Below are positions 52,801 through 60,500 of a stretch of 64,000 nucleotides of DNA, piece by piece (position 1 is the stretch's first letter; the number at the start of each line of letters is the position of its first letter). The position numbers were made by a program, and so were the translations under genes. The stretch is from Verrucomicrobiales bacterium (GTDB lineage: Bacteria; Verrucomicrobiota; Verrucomicrobiia; Verrucomicrobiales; V1-33). The stretch is from assembly GCA_031411295.1 (NCBI GenBank), contig JANOAV010000105.1, forward strand, positions 9,419-73,418, read 5' to 3'. The notes under the pieces were generated by a model that ran no database searches, was not told the origin of the DNA, and worked only from the letters and a program-made list of their open reading frames with translations.

Positions 52801-55189
52801 TGGCGAGTTCCAATGCGGCCTCCAAGTTGCCCACCTGGCTCACCTGCCAGTGCAGTGGGGTTTCCGGATGCAATTTCTGACTTGGACGACCGTCAATGCT
52901 GGGGAAGGTGGCGCGCAGCACGCTGTGACGTTGGACCACGCTGCGCAGGGCCGCGGCTAGGAAATCCTGTCGCAGTGGACCTTGCAGGCGACGTGCCGTG
53001 GGGATGTTATAGGCCGCGCGATTCCCGATTAGTTGATCGAGGAACCAGAGCCGTTGCTTCGGTGGCGACAATTCCGTCTCCTCCTGCGCCAGCAGATTCA
53101 GCTCGGAGGCGTCAATCCGCGGCAAGTTAGGCTGTTGCAATTTTGCGGCTAGCAGCGCCACGGTTGGTTGGGTAAATAACAGCGTGAGGGGCAGTCGGAC
53201 GTTGAATTGATCCGCTATGAGGGAAACAATGCGCGTTGCGGCCAGCGATTGGCCACCAAGGTCGGTGAACCGATCCATCACGCCGATAGGATAGACTTGA
53301 AGCACTTCCTCCCAGATCTGCACGAGGCGCGACTCCATTTCGTCGCGCGGGGCGACGAGTTCCGTGGCACTGACAGGGCGGGCCCGTTTGCGGGCGCTGG
53401 CGACGGCTTTGGCGATGTTGGCCGCCGATTGAAATTGGTTGGCGATGGCCGCGAAATCCGGCCGTGTCACTGGGGCGGCTTCATTGAATGGCGCTGAATC
53501 CGCAGCGGGAACCGGAAGGGTGACGGCATCCGCATTAAATTTCACCGCTCTGGCTCGCGTGACGGGGAAATGATAGTTGCCGTCCTTGAAGCCGTCCGGG
53601 CAGACTGCTTCCAGGAAATTTGCCATCGGTTGATTCCGTGCCGTGGCTTTGAACGGCAGCACAATGCCGAGGCTTTGGCGCGCAGCGGCTTCGTCGCCTA
53701 ACTGCGCCAGCATCCGATGCTCGACTCCCTTTCCCAGCACGCGACACGACAGCAGAAAATTTTCCACAAAACAAAGCGGACCGCGCGTGCGGTAGATTAG
53801 CAAACCCACATCGCCATAGTCACCGAAGCGATCCTTCACATGCAGCAGCAAGGCATGCGTGTCCGCCGCCTGCAGCGCATTGGCGACCTCGGCCTCCGTG
53901 CGGCGGACTCCAGTGGCGTTGAACTGATTCGTGCGTTGAGTGAGTTGAGATACCCGCGGATAGTCGAAGAGATTCGGGATGCGAAATGTTAGCTGCAATT
54001 CCAGCCCGTCGATAAAATCTGCGAACGAGGTGGCTTGTGCCGCCGCTTGCGTGCGCTGGGCGTTGACCTGCATCAACTCCGTGCGTCGGCCATCCTCCTT
54101 GGTGGCAGCATGGATGTCCAGTGCCCAGTGGTGATTGATGAGCGGGAGGATCTCATTTTCCTGAGCCGGGAGCGTGATGGTCGTGAGGTCCGGAAATGCC
54201 GCCGCCACCTCGGCACATTCGATGGGGTTATCATCGATGAAGACCACGGCATCCGGATGGATATTCCATTCGGAGAGCAACTCCCGCACGCTGCTGGATT
54301 TCGGTCGCCAGGAAATTTTCCAGCCCGCAAAATCCGCCTCTTGGAGGATCATTTCCGGTCGGGCCAAGGTTGCGCGAACGTCGCGCACTTCATTTTTACT
54401 GGCTAGGCCGAGCAAAGCCCCTTGTTGCTTCAAGTGCAGTAAATGCCGCTGGAAGGCTAAGCGCGCTGACCCCAGGGTGATTCCACCAGCGCCGACTTCA
54501 CCCACCACGCCACCCCACAGCGTCTGGTCCGCATCCACGATGACGGCCTTGCAGGGAGCTTGCAGCAACGTTCGCGCCCGGCGCATCAAGGCTGCCCCCA
54601 GCGCGGCAAAGTATTCCGGGGCATAGGGCACATGGCCTTGCCGGTCACTTTCTGGATCATGGATCTGGCTGACGGGATACCACACCTCCACCTCCTCCGC
54701 CGTGATCACACTGAAGCCAGGCAACTGGCGCAACGTGCGCCCACACTCGTCGTAGGCCAAATGCAATGACTGCTGCAAGGCGGGTTCCAATTTCGCCAGA
54801 TCGCTCAGCGGACAGAGCATTACAATCGTCGGCCGATGTGCCTGCCCCGCAAAGATCTGCATGGCATCCAGCAACTCCAAGGTCACCAGCCTAACCTGAT
54901 CCAAGCGACCTTCTGTGGCGCTGGTGAATTCGCTCCCCCCCTGCCGCAAGGCATCTTCCAGCCGCAGCAGGAAAAAATTTACGCCCGGAACATCACTGCG
55001 CGCGGGACTGGCTGGATTGAGTAACTCTTGAAAAAGTTGATTGTAACCCGCCAGCGAAATTTCCGCCGGATCCAACTGCAAGCGCGGCAACCAGAAAGCA
55101 AAATGCTCCTCCAACGGCTCCACCGTAAACGAAGCTGCCACCCGGAACATCCGGGGTGCAGGGGGATCGTTTGCTAGTGCCGTGGACAT
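46838..55189 (-). CDS. NRPS with FkbH loading module: FkbH-ACP-C-A-PCP-E-C(degenerate)-PCP
   Basis: FkbH DADQTLWGG, FIDDNP, RTNQFN, DRFGDYG, LSCRVL; ACP GGQSL; C HHIISDG; A domain; PCP GGDSI; E HHLAVDG, EAHGRE, RTVGWFT; C VPEILMDG; PCP GGQSL. Confidence 0.95.
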   Translation of the reverse strand: MSTALANDPPAPRMFRVAASFTVEPLEEHFAFWLPRLQLDPAEISLAGYNQLFQELLNPASPARSDVPGVNFFLLRLEDALRQGGSEFTSATEGRLDQVRLVTLELLDAMQIFAGQAHRPTIVMLCPLSDLAKLEPALQQSLHLAYDECGRTLRQLPGFSVITAEEVEVWYPVSQIHDPESDRQGHVPYAPEYFAALGAALMRRARTLLQAPCKAVIVDADQTLWGGVVGEVGAGGITLGSARLAFQRHLLHLKQQGALLGLASKNEVRDVRATLARPEMILQEADFAGWKISWRPKSSSVRELLSEWNIHPDAVVFIDDNPIECAEVAAAFPDLTTITLPAQENEILPLINHHWALDIHAATKEDGRRTELMQVNAQRTQAAAQATSFADFIDGLELQLTFRIPNLFDYPRVSQLTQRTNQFNATGVRRTEAEVANALQAADTHALLLHVKDRFGDYGDVGLLIYRTRGPLCFVENFLLSCRVLGKGVEHRMLAQLGDEAAARQSLGIVLPFKATARNQPMANFLEAVCPDGFKDGNYHFPVTRARAVKFNADAVTLPVPAADSAPFNEAAPVTRPDFAAIANQFQSAANIAKAVASARKRARPVSATELVAPRDEMESRLVQIWEEVLQVYPIGVMDRFTDLGGQSLAATRIVSLIADQFNVRLPLTLLFTQPTVALLAAKLQQPNLPRIDASELNLLAQEETELSPPKQRLWFLDQLIGNRAAYNIPTARRLQGPLRQDFLAAALRSVVQRHSVLRATFPSIDGRPSQKLHPETPLHWQVSQVGNLEAALELATADARIPFSLAEGPLCRCLLYQISPEEHLLVVTFHHIISDGWSVTLFYQDLALAYNAALRQRQPVWPQLAATCAGFASWINRRLETGDFTADLAYWKEQMRGAPPILQLPTDRPHPPVRNYVGDVVARGLRLDLRKRIEALAQRVQTTPFVILAGAFQVLLHRLSGATDIVIGTPVAGRTHSAVQNVMGCFVNTVILRTSCHPEQSGLDFLASARATVVNALNHQDLPFENLVDSLNLPRDLSHPPLIQHLFVLQDSAGADFSVPGLACEPVSIHNGGAKFDLVLETTPLPEGYALVLEYNCAVLTEATAERWLQHYEMLIESLCDHPEKPLSELQILTSEARRELVEDFHQGQREFGGDICLHHWFEGIAARTPNDIALTCEGTNWTYAQTNQRANQLAHYLQGQQVTPGMLVGVCVERSLDLIVALLAILKCGAAYVPIDLSYPAERLSFMLEDAAAPVLLTQRKLSARLPRHGCKNLYVDDLQIYHGGNSNDPSVEVTPDHAAYVIFTSGSTGRPKGCIVTHRNVARLFQSTEAWFGFDSTDVWTLFHSVAFDFSVWEIWGALLYGGRLLIVPYHTSRSPEDFYRLLAAEQVTVLNQTPSAFRQLMAAEAAATQPLDLALRYVIFGGEALEMQSLQPWFERHGDRTPQLVNMYGITETTVHVTYRPISAADVHGGSVIGIPIPDLQLYILDAHLQPVPLGVPGELFVGGAGLAQGYLQRPELTAQRFIANPFSTLPNARLYRTGDLARFLPGRDVEYLGRIDQQVKIRGFRIELGEIESILTIHPQVQEVAVLAREDHPGEKRLVAYLVPKAERPSVESLRSHLQIKLPDYMVPAAFVVLEHFPLTSNGKLDRVALPAPSGPRELLTQAFVEPATAAETQLARIWAKVLKVDRVGVNDNFFALGGDSILSIHMIAQARKVGLSFTPRQLFEHQTIAQLAKIEGLGQATQSALNASTENIPLLPIQRWFFAQELQASHHWNQAFLLSVNERLEVPKLRRAVAALLAQHQALRLRFTKGASGWQQKVSALEVLETLECHDLNGFANGKLAQKILKLSESAQSRLNYEHGPLLRLVYADLGEDRPGRLLCVAHHLAVDGVSWNILLHDLEAAYHGAALEAVPTPFADAAALGELWSRSPAAMAEKTWWAQRLPGTITPLLEPNRSHTNTEGSATTLRFELTVEETTTLLQKVPNVYRTRIQDALLSAFLLACHRQLGRDQVWLHLEAHGREELFGSADLSRTVGWFTALFPLGLTLPPESNDILAVMRHVRDQLQSLPQNGAGYGFLRYADTSPLPPSEIEIAFNFWGRLDQLTAESTLFTLAPEATGPWHHFSAMRLHEHEIDCFIREEKFQLEWKYNADRLATARVQPLVEAFASALREIITRASQGLAAPPEVNDFTLVKLSPVELAKLQQAPGEVADVWPLSPIQELYYGAAVAKTNAGYDQWHSRLEGPLDVPRFQAAWEQVLQRHGLLRTSFHSHQLNQPVQVVRNGLQPYWHLDDWRGQAAETHAAKWTEFLLQDAARPNDLTIAPLSRFALIRLTDTTWRFLWCVPEILMDGWSWPIVFQEVSSLMTSSTPLPVAPAYREYLAWLQARPQEAEADFWRAELRGLTAPTPVPLETLQHQGVGRKFSETVIVLGVDVVDRLTRFARAHQVTNGAVLHAAWALLLARCADVTEVMFGTASNGRPSELAGVERIVGPFINNLPVRLQVRPDQRSKDFIKEVQAQLFTLTGHQHSSIAQMQEWSEIPWNRRLFDSLLVFQNFQTQHGVMTFGPEVALSEFVGPVHTNYPLTLMITPGTTYEILLAHQAASCSPARARLLLEEWKQLLLQLIGPEQHSLSTIMASCQLPAGMAPTTLPVTRTAERVAPRTPLEKAMAEIWQRAFGLTDISIHENFFDLGGQSLLMIRVHQRLRSELGLTLSIVQVFSHPTIASLAGLLETAPPLHPAKPAALPITAAQNMATQARARATAARAAMARARGLPPLS

Positions 55190-55495
55190 ATCAGGAAATG
55201 GCATCAACCCCTTCGAGCAAGTTTCGCACAAACACAGAACTCCGTTCACACGACAAGGCGGCGTGCAGATAGCTCCTTAGCATATGAGTTGGCATCTCAA
55301 GAAGGTCCATGGTGGTCGGTTGGCTAGAAAGGGGCATTTCTAGAAATTGTGGTATTTATCCTAAATCATATTTACCCCACAAGCAACAAATATCAACCAA
55401 TCAAAAATTTCTGCACCCGCTTTCTTTTAAAAACGCGCCGCATTCGCAGATTTGAGAGCCTGTCTGAGGGGGATGTGTTTCCAGCCGCAGGGCAC

Positions 55496-55556
55496 GGTGG
55501 CAGCCGCGCGCCCGTCTGAAACCAGTTAGAATGTGGAGCAGTCCGCTGGACTGCTC
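55496..55556 (+). repeat. Two REP-like elements
   Basis: GGTGGCAGCCGCGC..CGTCTGAAAC matches 57446-57474; GTGGAGCAGTCCGCTGGACTGCTC matches 10949-10970. Confidence 0.75.
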
Positions 55557-55620
55557 ACGGACTGCTGAACTCTTTCCAGATCAGCCCAGCGGCTGATTAT
55601 CATTGGGTGACCGCACCACG

Positions 55621-55917
55621 TCAACGACGCCTTAGGCCGAATGCGGGGCTACGCTTGTCATGCCGGAGGCAGATTACTTTGATTTTCAATGGCAAAACTT
55701 CGAAAAGCACCGCAAACGGAAAGCGACGCAGGTGCTTCCTCCTGACGCTCCGCGAGTTTAGCCAAAAGCCATTTTGCTCGGGATTAGCCCTAATCTTACT
55801 TACCGTCAGCAATACTTGATCGAAAAATTCATCACCTAGTCCAGCTCTCTGCTCGTTGTAAAAACCGACGGCATCTTGCACATCCTTTTGCACAAGAAGG
55901 TGGTAGACTATTTTCAT
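55621..55917 (-). CDS. RelE/ParE-family toxin
   Basis: 98 aa; FYNEQRAGLGDEF, RRKHLRRFPF, HDKRSP pattern; lies 6 bp after the antitoxin gene. Confidence 0.88.
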   Translation of the reverse strand: MKIVYHLLVQKDVQDAVGFYNEQRAGLGDEFFDQVLLTVSKIRANPEQNGFWLNSRSVRRKHLRRFPFAVLFEVLPLKIKVICLRHDKRSPAFGLRRR

Positions 55918-55923
55918 TCGTTG

Positions 55924-56169
55924 TTAGCGCTGGGTGGCGGCAACACGGGAAAGTTGGATACTGCGGATAAAGTCTTCCTCTGATAGCTCTGCTGCGGGAT
56001 TGCTGTCCATTTCAGCGGACCTACGTTCTGCCTCGGCCAGCCATGCTTGATCTGCTGAGGATTGAAAATCATCAGGAAGGCTAGCGTAGAGCATGTCTGC
56101 AAGCTCTAGCCGATCCGAAATCGGAAGAGTGAGCAAAGGAGAAAGCGCTGCGAGGGTGGCGGTGGACAT
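55924..56169 (-). CDS. Addiction module antitoxin component (TIGR02574-like)
   Basis: LPISDRLELADMLYASL..AWLAEAERR; acidic, 81 aa; upstream of the toxin. Confidence 0.85.
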   Translation of the reverse strand: MSTATLAALSPLLTLPISDRLELADMLYASLPDDFQSSADQAWLAEAERRSAEMDSNPAAELSEEDFIRSIQLSRVAATQR

Positions 56170-56241
56170 ACTCCCTCCTTATAGCCTAATTCATGGGTAT
56201 CACAAGAAATAAATCAGCAGAATGGAAATTCCGACTCCCGC

Positions 56242-56318
56242 TTGAGTTCGGGTCTTGGGCCCGAAGGCATCACGGCAACCCTGCATATTCCCGACGGGCT
56301 GACAGACCCGAACCCCAA
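56242..56318. repeat. Inverted pair of palindromic (REP-like) units
   Basis: TTGAGTTCGGGTCTTGGGCCCG versus CGGGCTGACAGACCCGAACCCCAA (reverse-complement match GTTCGGGTCT..GCCCG). Confidence 0.55.
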
Positions 56319-56358
56319 CGGAAATGGCGGCAAAATGCACGCCACTCCCACTCAAAAA

Positions 56359-56706
56359 TCACAAAGTCGACACCCTTAGCCGCACGAAAATCATCTTCCC
56401 TCCGCCCTCTGCAGCCAGCCGAACTTTCACGGTGAGGGTGCCACTCCCCGTCTCCGCAACCGGCTGCACGGCCCCGCCCGCGCCAGCCACCGCCGTCACC
56501 CCGCCCCCAGTGCTAGTGGCCCCGGTCGTCCACGATTGCATATCCTTGGAATATTCCACATCATAAACCACATCCGTCCGCGCACTGAGGCGAGTGGAAG
56601 TAAACTCCACCCCACCGCCAGCACCAGCCGCTGCCACGGTAGGGAGATACTTACTAGCCGCCGCATTACCCAGTGTCCCGAAGGCATGTTCAAGCAGGTT
56701 CCCCAC
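56359..56706 (-). pseudogene. Orphan C-terminal-domain fragment paralogous to the 3' end of the 1927-aa gene
   Basis: GNLLEHAFGTL..TRLSARTDVVYDVEYS.DMQSWTTG..IFVRLRVSTL aligns with 57564-57905; no signal peptide. Confidence 0.85.
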
Positions 56707-56801
56707 GCCGTTTTGACCGTGACCTACAGCACCTCTCCCCCCGCAACACCAGCCAGGAAAGTAAAGTTGCGGTAGCGCAGCAGCATGGTATGCTTTTGAT
56801 C

Positions 56802-56990
56802 ATGAATGAACAAACAATCGAGCTAGAAATAACAGAGGTGAAGAAACGTCTCGCCAAACTGGAATCTGCTGCTGGAACAGCTCCGCCAAAATGGCGTGGA
56901 GCAGTAGGCCGTATTCAGCCAAGTGAACTCACCAAGGAAGCTGCCAGACTAGGCGCAGAATGGCGGAAGCAGGAAAATGCTAGGAGATAA
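56802..56990 (+). CDS. Putative antitoxin (62 aa) of the PIN toxin
   Basis: Small ORF 3 bp upstream of the PIN gene; coiled N-terminus, WRGAVG..LGAEWRK. Confidence 0.7.
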   Translation: MNEQTIELEITEVKKRLAKLESAAGTAPPKWRGAVGRIQPSELTKEAARLGAEWRKQENARR

Positions 56991-56993
56991 AAA

Positions 56994-57416
56994 ATGGTTG
57001 TTATTCTGGATACGAATCATTTTAGGGAACTCGTTGAAGCGGGTGTGCTAGGACGGCGGTTGTTAGCTCGTATCGAAGAAAATCAAGCGGAGGTGTTCAC
57101 CTGCATCGTAGCAGCGGAAGAAACCCTCAGAGGTTGGATGGCTCTGCTGAATCAACAAAAACCTGGGCCAGACCAAATCGCTGCCTATGTCGAATTTCAG
57201 CGCAGCTTGGAAACCCTTGCGTATTTCACCATTATGCCGTTTGACCACGAAACTGCGGACCATTTCGTGCGCTTACGCAGTCAGTTCCCCAGGCATGGCA
57301 CCATGGATCTTAAAATTGCCGCCATCTGCCTCGCCCACGACACACTGCTCTTGAGCCGAAATTTACAGGATTTTGAGAAAATACCCGGCCTAAAAGTTGA
57401 AAACTGGTTAGATTGA
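56994..57416 (+). CDS. vapC: PIN-domain (VapC) toxin
   Basis: ILDTNH, EETLRGW, MDLKIAAI, SRNLQDF..IPGLKVENW. Confidence 0.92.
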   Translation: MVVILDTNHFRELVEAGVLGRRLLARIEENQAEVFTCIVAAEETLRGWMALLNQQKPGPDQIAAYVEFQRSLETLAYFTIMPFDHETADHFVRLRSQFPRHGTMDLKIAAICLAHDTLLLSRNLQDFEKIPGLKVENWLD

Positions 57417-57445
57417 TAAACGAGGGGGGCCTTCCATCCGCCCTC

Positions 57446-57562
57446 GGTGGCAGCCGCGCCCTCGCGTCTGAAACAGGCAAAGGTGGCCAGAGCGCCCCCG
57501 CTCTGTTCCTGGAAGCGAGGGCGCTTCCTCCACCTTTCGGGAGCGAGGGCTCTCCCGCTACC
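57446..57562. repeat. BIME-like cluster of four REP-like units (two forward, two reverse)
   Basis: Units at 57446-57470, 57482-57505, 57511-57534 (rev) and 57539-57562 (rev). Each has a GGTGG or GGTAG head plus a short stem around a CCCT/CCCC loop. Confidence 0.75.
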
Positions 57563-57563
57563 A

Positions 57564-60500
57564 TCACAACGCAGACACCCTTAGCCGCACAAAGATCACC
57601 TTCCCACCGACCTCAGCCGCCAACCGAATTTTCACGCTCACTGTTCCGCTGCCCGTTTCGGTGACTGCTTGCACGGCCCCGCCCAGGCTTGTGGTTACTC
57701 CACCGCTACTGCTGCTGGCACCAGTCGTCCATGATTGCATATCTGGGGAATATTCCACATCGTAAACCACATCCGTCCGCGCACTCAGCCGTGTAAAGGT
57801 GAACTCCACGCCACCTGCACTAGCTGGTGCCACGGTGGGCCGATATTTACTAGCCGCAGAATTCGCCAGCGTCCCGAAGGCATATTCCAGCAGGTTCCCC
57901 ACGCCATCGTTATCCGCATCTGCTTCGGCTAGCGCATTGTTTCCGGATAGCCCGGCCCCTTGCGCGTAGAGCTGGAAACCAGTTCCCACGGTCAGTGCCG
58001 CCGTCTGTGCAGAATCCGCATAGCCATTGTCATTTCGTGACCGCACCACGTAACGCACAGAGGCTCCGATGGGAGCTGAGCCATCGGCAAATCCGACAGC
58101 AAAGCTTCGCCCGACCCAGGCCAGTGCCCCGCCATTGGTGCTGCGGAAGATATCGTAATAGTCCGCGTTGGCACCTGCGGCCCAGGTTAGGTTTACTCCA
58201 TAGCTGTCTTTACTGGGAGCAGCCACCAAGGGAGCGCCCACCACCCGCACGTCGAATCCCGTGGAGAAATGCAACTGCACGGGCACTGTTCCCAGCCTTG
58301 ATCCATTCGGGTTCAGGGCAAAGACATCCACCACGTAACTTTGATTGTATTCCAGCCCGGTGTAAGCCACCTGAGCTGTCGCCCCAGCAGCGGGAGTCAC
58401 CGACTGGGAGGCAACAATGGAACCATCTCCCCGACGCAGATACACTTGGTAGTCTTGATACACCGCCGTCACGCCCGCAGGCAGCACCGCATTCCACTGC
58501 ACTGTATTGCTATTCCCCGCCGTGATCTGGTAGTTGGCATTCACAAACGTGATCCCCAGCGGCAGCAACGGAGCCAGCGTGGCACTGGCCGCTGCTCCTT
58601 GCAGCGAGACCACATCCCCCAGCACCGTGGCCAGCGTGTAGCTGAAGGTATCGCCATAGGCCACCGCCGCGTCCCGATAACTCGTCGCCCCGGCAGCAAC
58701 ACGCGTCAGTTCCTCCACCGCATCCGTCCGCGTGTCCTTCCGATACACCACCATGCCCGTCGCTCCCGGCACTGCTGCCCAACTGAGGTCCACCCATGGG
58801 GAAACGGTCGTTTGCCCGCCCGCTGTGGCCACCGGAGTCGGCCCGCCCGCCACTGTGCCCAGCGTCAGCGACCGCACGCTGGAGACAAATTCCTGCCCAT
58901 CCCACTGCGCCACCACCTTCCATTCCACCGACGTATGAATGCCCACGTTCACCGCCAGAGATTTCTCCCCCGTGCCGCCCAGCACTACATAGCTACCCGC
59001 CCCATCCCACCGACCCAGCAGCGTGTAGGCCACCGCCAGCGAGACTGGCTGATTGCTCGCCCAGGTCAGCACCTGCCATGGAGCAGAGGCCGCCACAAAC
59101 CCCGTCGTCCCCGATGCCGGGGCAAACCCCGCGTTATCGAAGGCAAAGCGATTCCCCGTGATCGTGATCGGCTGTGGCAGATCCCGCGTCACTCCGCCAC
59201 TCTCCAGCCGCACCTCCTGCGTGCCTGAGAGCAGCGTCGTATCCAGAAGAAACGTCGCCCCCGTCACGCTCCCAGCCGTGTTCCAAGCCGTCGTCCCCTG
59301 CGGACGCGTCAAGATATTGTAAACCCGGAACGCATCCACGGGCGTGGCCGTCCATGACAACGAAGCCGCCGTCGCCACAGGCACGCTGTAACTTGCCGCC
59401 GTGAAGCTCGCCAACGCAAACGTGCTGGACCGCGTCAGCACCTTCTCCGCCACCCCACGATTCCCGCTCTGGTCATAGGCTTCCACCCGCAGGATCAGAC
59501 TCGGCACCGTGTCCGCAAACGTATAGCTCAGGCTCGTCGGCAAGGTGCCACTCGTGTAGTTGCCTATCACCGTCGTCACGCCCCCGACAATCTTCAAAAC
59601 CTTCACCGACGCCAACTGATTCAGGTTATCGCTCATCGTCCAAGCCAGCGCTTTCGACTGCCCACTGACGAACGAAGCGTCCGTCGTCGTGATGGAAACA
59701 GCAGGTGCCGTGATGTCTCCGCTCATGTTGCCAACAAACAGTAAACGCTGCGATGAGAGGGCCACCCATTTGCCTGCCGAAATAGCTGACCTTTTACCCG
59801 TCTCAGCGAAGGAGCCGTCTGCGAAACTAACTCGCAAATCGCTTCCGTCCGTAAGGTTTCTCCGAATAACGACTTGGTTATTGGTTCCTTGCCCGATCAA
59901 AATAGCTGAGTCAGAAAACACTCTGATACGCGGGCTAAAAACCCCGGTAGTCCATCTGGTGAATGTGTTAGTTGGAGTGTAAAGGTCAACTGCGGCACCA
60001 CCAGGAGCATTACCATAGTAGCGAGCGCCAACAACGTTCGCGTTGGAGGATTCAAACCAGACGTAACCCTGATTCTCCCACGATGCTAATGGGGAAATAA
60101 CGATTTTGCTGGCATTAAGTGTATAAATCCCACCGGAAGTATTCAAATATGCTCCATAGTCAACATGGCGTCTGTAAAAGCCAGGTTGCTCCATATAAGG
60201 TAATACCGAAGGAACTGCTCGCATCAGCCTATTCCTCCAGCCCGAGGATTCTCCACCATTTGAATAATCTGCGGTAGTCGAAGCCACAAATAGTTCGGCT
60301 CCCAGCCGAGCGAATTCCGGGAGGTCGGAATTTTCAGGGGACGCCGGGAGGGTAAAAAGAGCCTGCGGGGCACTGATACCTCCAGCAGACAGCGTTGAAA
60401 ATGAAATTTGCGTTCCGTCTCTCACAATTGCATAGACAGTTGCGCCAACTACCTTGATGTCTTCGTAGTCATGATCTGGTAGGAGTATTTCCGTCAATCC

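Noticed and set aside
55453..55467. TGA-GAGCCTGTCTGA resembling the IS5 end at 63861-63875
   Set aside because: Only 9 of 12 bases match, it has the same orientation and there is no transposase remnant; too weak to call.
55496..57562. Integron cassette array or CRISPR interpretation of the TA/repeat block
   Set aside because: No integrase or convincing attC RYYYAAC..GTTRRRY pairs; the TA modules face opposite ways; the repeats are neither identical nor regularly spaced; no cas genes.
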